DNA of 64,000 bases from Candidatus Zixiibacteriota bacterium (GTDB lineage Bacteria; RBG-13-66-14; B26-G2; WVWN01). Shown one piece after another: positions 56,841 through 64,000 of this stretch (position 1 is the first letter of the stretch; the number at the start of each line of letters is the position of its first letter). The stretch lies in assembly GCA_050117845.1 (NCBI GenBank), contig JASFLY010000001.1:1-64000 (forward strand), in the 5' to 3' direction. The notes beneath the pieces were generated by a model. That model was not told where the DNA came from. It saw only the letters and a list, made by a program, of their open reading frames with translations, and ran no database searches. The translations under genes were made by a program, and so were the position numbers.

Positions 56841-57917
56841 CTACTTACTTTCGTGCCGCCCCGGCGAATCCCAGAACGTAGTTTCGCTTCCTTCCGCCCA
56901 ATCCTCGGCGTCGATTTCGAGCCGGTTGGTGTCGAACTCCGAGAACGACGCGATATGACGCCCGAAGCCCGGTTCCGTCGAAGCGTAGATATTATAAACG
57001 CCGTCGCCTATTTCGTCGACGAACAAAAAGAGCATCCGGCGGCCGCCCTCACCACCCTGATAATACTTCCAGGTCTGGTAAGCTTTCGTGTCCCAGGTGG
57101 ACATTTCGAAGCTGGTGAGCGATTGGCCGCTGGTATGGTCCTCGAGGTCGTGCGGCGGGCCGTAGAGCAGGTATACCCGACCCCGGTCGGTCCGCAGGCC
57201 CTCATATATGGGGTCCGAGTAGTGCTTCTGGACGTAATCCACCCGCCGCCAGAATTCCTCCCGGTATTCGTTCTCCGGCGTTTCCGGATCCGGGTCGCGC
57301 CGCACCCAGAACTTATCGAGCATCATGCTTTTTCCACGCGGCGAAAGAATGTCGAACAAGGCCATCTCTTCGTCCGCGGCGATTATCGACAACGCGCGGC
57401 GAGCTTCTTTCTCTTCGCGCGGCAATTCCCGGACCTCGTCGGGGAACAGGACGCCGAATTGCTCGGCGCCGCTCATGCCGCGGATTAACTCCTCGGTCAA
57501 TAAGCGCAAATCCTGATGCTCGCCGTCGTAGGAGGCCGCAACCTTGCCGGCGACGAGGTCGTTAACCAATACCTGGACGAAGTATTTATCGTTTTCGTAA
57601 GTTACCGAACCCGTAATCACGGTATCGTTCTCCAGGGCCTTGCCCAAGCGGGAAACGTCCTTGAAAGTCGTGAGATCGAGGCCGGCGTCTACCGCGGCCA
57701 TAACCGCGCTTTCCATTCGGCGGTAACGTTCCACTTCGTAATTGTCGGCGCTATAGAACATCAGGCGGATGTTATCCGCAACGTCCATACCGTCATCCAC
57801 GGTCGCGCCGCCGTACGCCTGGAAATCGATTACCGATACGCTCGTCGGTTCGGCTATGGCTCCCACGGCGAGGGCGGCCATCGCGACCGACACTACCACC
57901 CATTTATTATATCCCAT
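56841..57917 (-). CDS. Secreted GWxTD-domain protein with N-terminal TolB_N/CsgG-like region
   Basis: FWVRRDPDPETPENE, RVDY, GLRTDRGRVYLLYGPP, W.Y, FLFVD..G.G.Y. Confidence 0.85.
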   Translation of the reverse strand: MGYNKWVVVSVAMAALAVGAIAEPTSVSVIDFQAYGGATVDDGMDVADNIRLMFYSADNYEVERYRRMESAVMAAVDAGLDLTTFKDVSRLGKALENDTVITGSVTYENDKYFVQVLVNDLVAGKVAASYDGEHQDLRLLTEELIRGMSGAEQFGVLFPDEVRELPREEKEARRALSIIAADEEMALFDILSPRGKSMMLDKFWVRRDPDPETPENEYREEFWRRVDYVQKHYSDPIYEGLRTDRGRVYLLYGPPHDLEDHTSGQSLTSFEMSTWDTKAYQTWKYYQGGEGGRRMLFLFVDEIGDGVYNIYASTEPGFGRHIASFSEFDTNRLEIDAEDWAEGSETTFWDSPGRHESK

Positions 57918-58107
57918 CTTATATCAACCTCTCTTTATATATCAGATTACCGTTATCTTACGCCATCGTTTGATTATAATAAACGGCCCGGGTAAATGCA
58001 AATAAAAACCCAAACGGGATAACCGCGTTTTAGGTTGACACCGGCCAAGGGCCTTATTATATTCGAATTAGCTGAATTCCTTACGGCTCAGGCAGGTATC
58101 GCGCACT

Positions 58108-59496
58108 ATGGCCGAAATTGAAAAACCCGCCACCGGGGGAAAACACCCTAGTGGCAGGACGCTTTGGCTCCGCCTCCAAACATTACTAACTGATAAAATA
58201 AGCTCGCTGCCCACTCTCGCCGCCAGGATGGGTGACGTGCGGGCTTCGTTGGAAGAGTGCGGCGCCGTGGGCCTTATTTACGTTATGGTCCCTCGCGCCG
58301 ACGACCTTGAGGCCCTATACGGTTGGCAGTATTATGACGAATTCATCGCCGATATCGGATCTGTATTAAATAAATTCCAGAAGACTTTTCTCAAATCAGA
58401 AGATGCGGTCGTAGCTCGCGATATTCAGGCCTCCGAATTCCTGATCGTCGTCCGGCCTTCGTCCGACGACAGGCCGGAAGAAGTCGCCCCGGACAGGCTC
58501 GAGACGTTAAGAACACAACTCCTAAATTACATCGAGTCCGAACGCAACCAGGACATCCTCCGCGGCCACCAACAACTCCATTTCCTAACGGCCAACGCGC
58601 GGATTATCCATAATTTGTTCTCCAGGCCGGAACGGCTCATCCTGGCCGCCGTCGAGGATGCCAGACGATCGGCTATCGCGGCGGCCGAAAGCGAAACGCT
58701 ACGCCAGAAAGAACTCCTTAAACGGATAATCGTACGCGAGGAAGTGGAGGTCCTATACCAACCGATAGTATCGCTCAAGGATTATTCCATTTTCGGGTTC
58801 GAGGCTTTGTCGGCGGCCGCCGGGGGAAGCGGCATCGAAGGGGCGGAAATGCTGTTCGCGTTGGCCGACGAAGTCAACCTCTCGGTCCAACTCGACCGCG
58901 TATGCCGTCGCCGGGCTTTCAACCACGCCCATCGGTGGATAGGCGGCGCGCAACTCTTCCTCAACACCAACCCTCGAACCATTGAGGAAATAGGCACCCG
59001 GGAGGACGCGCTCTTCCACCTCTTCCAGGACGGCGGCGTATCTCCGGAGAGCCTGGTACTCGAGATAACGGAACGTTCCGCCATCGGCAACCTGGCCGTT
59101 TTCGAGGCCACGTTGAACCGCTTCCGCGATCACGGCATCGGCGTCGCGGTGGACGACGCCGGGGCCGGATACGCCAGCCTCAACACCATCGCGCGCCTCA
59201 AACCCGATTACCTCAAGTTCGACATGGCGCTGGTTCGCGATATCGACAAGGACAGGGTCAAACAGGAGCTTTTATCGACGGTGCAGGAACTCGGACATCG
59301 GGTCAACGCCCAGGTCATCGCCGAAGGCATAGAAACGACCGCGGAACTCGAAACGCTAACGCGGGCCGGCGTCGACTACGGCCAGGGGTATCTACTCTCT
59401 CGGCCCAAGCCGGCGGCGGACATCGAACGACTATTCCCCCACGAGCCGTCGGGATTGATCGAATATCGGCCCCAAGCCGATACGCTGGAGGGTTAA
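58108..59496 (+). CDS. EAL-domain c-di-GMP phosphodiesterase with degenerate GGDEF-like domain
   Basis: YQPIV, FEALS, LEITE, VDDAGAGY, LKFD, AEGIE, QGY; promoter TTGACA-17-TATATT at 58035-58063. Confidence 0.9.
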   Translation: MAEIEKPATGGKHPSGRTLWLRLQTLLTDKISSLPTLAARMGDVRASLEECGAVGLIYVMVPRADDLEALYGWQYYDEFIADIGSVLNKFQKTFLKSEDAVVARDIQASEFLIVVRPSSDDRPEEVAPDRLETLRTQLLNYIESERNQDILRGHQQLHFLTANARIIHNLFSRPERLILAAVEDARRSAIAAAESETLRQKELLKRIIVREEVEVLYQPIVSLKDYSIFGFEALSAAAGGSGIEGAEMLFALADEVNLSVQLDRVCRRRAFNHAHRWIGGAQLFLNTNPRTIEEIGTREDALFHLFQDGGVSPESLVLEITERSAIGNLAVFEATLNRFRDHGIGVAVDDAGAGYASLNTIARLKPDYLKFDMALVRDIDKDRVKQELLSTVQELGHRVNAQVIAEGIETTAELETLTRAGVDYGQGYLLSRPKPAADIERLFPHEPSGLIEYRPQADTLEG

Positions 59497-59503
59497 TTCC
59501 TCA

Positions 59504-59869
59504 ATGAAGAAAAAAATACTCGTAGTCGACGACGAAGAAAGTATCCGCCTCGTCGTATCCTTTACGCTGGAGCAGGCCGGTTACGACGTGGAGAACGCCG
59601 CCAACGGCGACGACTGTCTGGAGAAAGTCTATTCCTTCTCCCCCGACCTCGTCCTGTTGGACCTGATGATGCCGCTGGTAGACGGTTGGGAAGTGCTGAA
59701 CCTGCTGCGGTCCAACCCCGAGACCGAGCGGATCCCGGTTATCCTGCTCACCGCCAAGGGCGAGATCCGCGATAAAATGTTCGCCCTTCAGCAGGGCGCG
59801 TCCGACTACGTTACCAAGCCCTTCAGCAAAGAGGAATTGCTCTCACGGATATCCCAAGCCCTGGTCTAG
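59504..59869 (+). CDS. Single-domain response regulator
   Basis: ILVVDDE, LLDLMMP, LLTAK, YVTKPF. Confidence 0.93.
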   Translation: MKKKILVVDDEESIRLVVSFTLEQAGYDVENAANGDDCLEKVYSFSPDLVLLDLMMPLVDGWEVLNLLRSNPETERIPVILLTAKGEIRDKMFALQQGASDYVTKPFSKEELLSRISQALV

Positions 59870-59944
59870 CGGCCGGCGGCCCTCGAAAATAAAACCCGCC
59901 CCTGGGGGCGGGTTATCGTATTCACGGGCGCCGGGGCTTCCGGC

Positions 59945-61000
<1,056 letters not shown>

Positions 61001-61133
61001 TCAAGTATTGAGCTTTCTCGGCATCGTAACACAGCGCCCGTTCCCCCGCAAGTCCAAACGCCGACGAGGCCGGGCGGAACCGGCGGGACACTTGACTAAA
61101 GTTACGCTCCCTAGTATCATTAACCGAACGCTT

Positions 61134-61619
61134 ATGGATCGTGTCGCCGTTATAGCCGATTCGCACGACAACCTGCGCATGATCGAACGCGCCGTCTCCG
61201 CCATCAACGACTGGGGCGCCGACCTCGTTCTGCACTGCGGCGACTTCGTGTCGCCGTTCACCGCCGGGCCCTTCGGCGCCCTCGCGGCCCCGCTCGAAGG
61301 CGTTTTCGGGAACAACGACGGCGACCGCGCCGCGCTCAAGAAAGCGTTCGCGGACATAGGCGACATTCACCCCGACCCGTACCGGTTCACATTCAACGGC
61401 CTTTCCATACTCATAACGCACAAACCGCGTCTCGCCCGCGAGGCTGCCACGGCGCCCGGCTACGACCTCATCGCTTTCGGCCACGACCATCGGGTCCGCG
61501 TCGAGCACGGCGAATCGCTCGTAATCTGCCCCGGGGAGCTGGGCGCCTGGGTTTCGGGCCGGGCGACGATGGCGCTGGTGGACGTCCGCATCGGCAACGT
61601 GGACATAGCTTACCTCTGA
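61134..61619 (+). CDS. YfcE/MJ0936-family metallophosphoesterase
   Basis: ADSHDN, HCGD, GNND, TH, GHDH, PG; start ATG 61134. Confidence 0.9.
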   Translation: MDRVAVIADSHDNLRMIERAVSAINDWGADLVLHCGDFVSPFTAGPFGALAAPLEGVFGNNDGDRAALKKAFADIGDIHPDPYRFTFNGLSILITHKPRLAREAATAPGYDLIAFGHDHRVRVEHGESLVICPGELGAWVSGRATMALVDVRIGNVDIAYL

Positions 61620-61625
61620 CACATT

Positions 61626-62477
61626 ATGAATAAATTACGGATAACACCAAAACGCCGGTTCGTCACCGCGGCCACGGCCGTCGCCCTGACGTTGTCGGTC
61701 GCGGGCGCCCGTTCCGCCGCCGAAACGCCCGGCCTCCCGGAAACCGGAACCGAAACCGGAGACCCGCTGACCGAGCTCCGGGAACCGTGGGCCGCCGTTA
61801 CGGCCTTCCGCGGCAACGCCGCCGTCAAAATCTACGGCCCCGAGGAGAGCGCGTTCGCCGTCGCGTTCGGCCGCGTCATGCCGGACCGGACGCGCATCGA
61901 GGTATCCGCGCCGCTCATCGGGACTGTCGCGATAGTTACGGCCCGGGGCGGCGACGTCCTGGCGTATTACCCCGGCGACAACGTCGCCATCGTTGGCGCC
62001 GGAGCCGAAATGGACCTCTCCGCGCTGTTCGGCCCCGGCTTCGGGACGGACTTCCACGCCCTCGTCGACGGCCTGGCCGGCATCCCGTCGCTCTACGGCG
62101 CCGGCGAGGAAGAAACCGCCTTCGAGGCCACGACGAAGGATGGCGGGGACGGCCTAGCGACCGTGACCTGGCGTTCCCGGTCGGACGGCTCTCGCCACCA
62201 GGCCATCACCTACCGGCCCGAAACGGGTGAACTCGTCAACGTCCGTCTTTACCGAGAGGACGAGGCCGCCGCGGACGCTACCTACGGCGATTGGAACGAA
62301 ACGCCTCCCGCCGTGGCGCCGGGCACGGTTACTATTAAAACCGAGGACACGGTAACGGAAATCAAGATCACCCGTTTCGAGTTCAACGTGGAAATCCCGG
62401 ACGAAGCGTTTTCCACGACACCCCCCGAAGGGGCCACGGTGATGGAAGTCCCGGCCGGATTTTATGAAGAGCCGTAA
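61626..62477 (+). CDS. LolA/LolB-fold (DUF4292-like) secreted protein
   Basis: Signal peptide; PDRTRIE..APL.G, Y.DW, P..VTI, FN.EIPDEAF...PP.GA. Confidence 0.65.
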   Translation: MNKLRITPKRRFVTAATAVALTLSVAGARSAAETPGLPETGTETGDPLTELREPWAAVTAFRGNAAVKIYGPEESAFAVAFGRVMPDRTRIEVSAPLIGTVAIVTARGGDVLAYYPGDNVAIVGAGAEMDLSALFGPGFGTDFHALVDGLAGIPSLYGAGEEETAFEATTKDGGDGLATVTWRSRSDGSRHQAITYRPETGELVNVRLYREDEAAADATYGDWNETPPAVAPGTVTIKTEDTVTEIKITRFEFNVEIPDEAFSTTPPEGATVMEVPAGFYEEP

Positions 62478-63357
62478 CGCTGTACGCTACGACGTTGCCG
62501 CACCGGCAAAGGTCAACGTCTGCCTCGCGATAACCGGCCGCCGAGCCGACGGCTACCACGATATCGCGACGGTTATGGCGCCGCTCGAGCTGGCCGACGG
62601 CCTTATCTTCGAAATCGAAGAAGGCCCCTCGGCGGTCGCCGTGACCTGCGAAGGCCGGAAGGGAGCGCCCGACGGCGCAGGGAACCTCGCAGGCCGGGCA
62701 ATCTCGGCCTTCCTCGCCGCGGCCGGCCTGAAAGCGTCCGTCCGCATCCACGTTCGGAAGGAAATACCGGTGGGCGCCGGCCTGGGCGGCGGCTCGAGTG
62801 ACGCCGGGATAACGCTCCGCACTATCAACGAACACTTCGGCCGGCCCCTCGGCGACGACGCAGTGTGGCGACTTGCCCGGGGCCTGGGCAGCGACGTGCC
62901 CTTCTTCTTGTGCGACGGTTGGGCGTACGCGACCGGCCGGGGCGAGTTCGTAACGGCGGTATCGGGGCCGGAAGGAGTGCCTCTCCTGTTAGCCGCGCCC
63001 GACAGGGGGATCCCGACACCACAGGTCTACCGGGAATTGACGCCCGGCGACTTCGCCGGGGACCTCGGCGCAACGTGGGATGTAATCGCCGACCTCCGTA
63101 AACCGGCGGAGCGCTGGTGGGGATCCGGCCTGAATTCCCTGGAGGGGCCGGCCTGCCGCGCCTTCCCCCTCCTGGCCGAACTGAAAGCCACGCTTCGCGA
63201 GCTAGGCTTCGCGAACGCCCGCCTGAGCGGATCGGGCGGGACCTACGTCGCCCCCGTGGCCGCCGAGGCCGTCCCGGCAGCCGAGGAAGCCGTCGCGGAA
63301 CTCACGCGGGCCGGCCACTGGTCAACCGTCACCAGCACGAGGAGATTCAAGAAATGA
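62464..63357 (+). CDS. ispE: 4-diphosphocytidyl-2-C-methyl-D-erythritol kinase
   Basis: APAKVN..L.ITGRR.DGYH, KEIPVGAGLGGGSSDA, LGSDVPFF, LSGSG. Confidence 0.95.
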   Translation: MKSRNAVRYDVAAPAKVNVCLAITGRRADGYHDIATVMAPLELADGLIFEIEEGPSAVAVTCEGRKGAPDGAGNLAGRAISAFLAAAGLKASVRIHVRKEIPVGAGLGGGSSDAGITLRTINEHFGRPLGDDAVWRLARGLGSDVPFFLCDGWAYATGRGEFVTAVSGPEGVPLLLAAPDRGIPTPQVYRELTPGDFAGDLGATWDVIADLRKPAERWWGSGLNSLEGPACRAFPLLAELKATLRELGFANARLSGSGGTYVAPVAAEAVPAAEEAVAELTRAGHWSTVTSTRRFKK

Positions 63358-64000
63358 AACACATCGTACGGCCCCGGGTCCTCACGGCCATCCTGCTTTC
63401 GGCAATAGCGGCGTCGCTCGTGGCGTTGGACCTAACGGGCCGGGTTGAAGCTCGGGCTCTCCTTATCCAATGCAACGCCCCCGTATACCGCATATCCTCG
63501 TACGTCAAGGAGATGGAACGCGGCCGGGAGGCGCAGACGGACATGGCGGAGCGTCTCGCCCGCAGATCCATATTGGTAGGGCAGGCCGACCGGTACCGGC
63601 GCGAGAACGAGGCCCTCCGCGTCATGTTGGGTTACGACGTAGAAACGCCGTACGAAATGACGTACGCCCCGGTCCTGGAACGTCGCGCCGAAAGCTGGCT
63701 GGATACCGTGGCCGTGGGGGTGGGCCGTCGTGACGGCGTCGCTGTGGGAACGCCGGTCGTTGGGACCGAGGGCCTTGTGGGACGGGTGACGCGGGTCACC
63801 GCCGGCGCCGCCGAAGTCGAACTTGTTACCAGCGAACGGGTCCGGGTAGCCGTTTGCCACGCCCGTTCCGGTGCGACCGGCGTACACTACGCGGACGCGG
63901 CCGGCCGAGGCCGAGTGGCGTACCTCCCCCGCGGAACCGACGTGAAGGTCGGCGATTTAATCGTGACGGCCGGGACGAGCCGCCTCTATCCTCCGGGCCT
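63354..64000 (+). CDS. mreC: Rod shape-determining protein MreC (partial, runs off the window)
   Basis: Absent from the ORF track. Hand translation: N-terminal TM, RENEALR.ML, G.RDGV..G.PVV..EGLVGRV, VKVGD.IVTAG....YPPG; ATGA overlap with ispE. Confidence 0.9.
   Translation, partial: MKHIVRPRVLTAILLSAIAASLVALDLTGRVEARALLIQCNAPVYRISSYVKEMERGREAQTDMAERLARRSILVGQADRYRRENEALRVMLGYDVETPYEMTYAPVLERRAESWLDTVAVGVGRRDGVAVGTPVVGTEGLVGRVTRVTAGAAEVELVTSERVRVAVCHARSGATGVHYADAAGRGRVAYLPRGTDVKVGDLIVTAGTSRLYPPG

Overview
High-GC bacterial chromosomal window, mostly housekeeping and cell-envelope genes. It probably comes from an uncultured diderm anaerobe with FCB-like traits; this is inferred from C25/gingipain-like proteins, a T9SS-like C-terminal domain, GWxTD and DUF5916 proteins, Rex and an iron-sulfur flavoprotein. 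Recognisable genes include mutS, rsmE, HIT, rplY, pth, ccdA, comEA, an IlvD/Edd dehydratase, rex, mltG, lepB, a small polysaccharide cluster, rsmB, PGI/PMI, a HAMP adenylate cyclase, ubiE, mtaB, GH57, three parvulin foldases, ctpA, purN, envC, ssb, ridA, transaldolase, an EAL protein plus receiver, mreB, ispE, mreC, tRNA-Asp(GTC) and tRNA-Val(TAC). I saw no rRNA, CRISPR array, integrase or transposase. The most unusual items are: (1) a tandem pair of unrecognised lipoproteins, each with its own promoter and terminator and ending in a conserved 11-residue cationic repeat plus a terminal Lys, next to a membrane adenylate cyclase; (2) a secreted protein ending in a candidate short sorting signal (VEPASVGRVKALYR); (3) two apparent pseudoenzymes, cDPG-synthetase-like and M48/Ste24-like; (4) many leaderless or very-short-leader genes; (5) a 9-codon uORF coupled to comEA; (6) mreB separated from mreC. 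All family assignments come from recognising motifs by eye, not from database searches.
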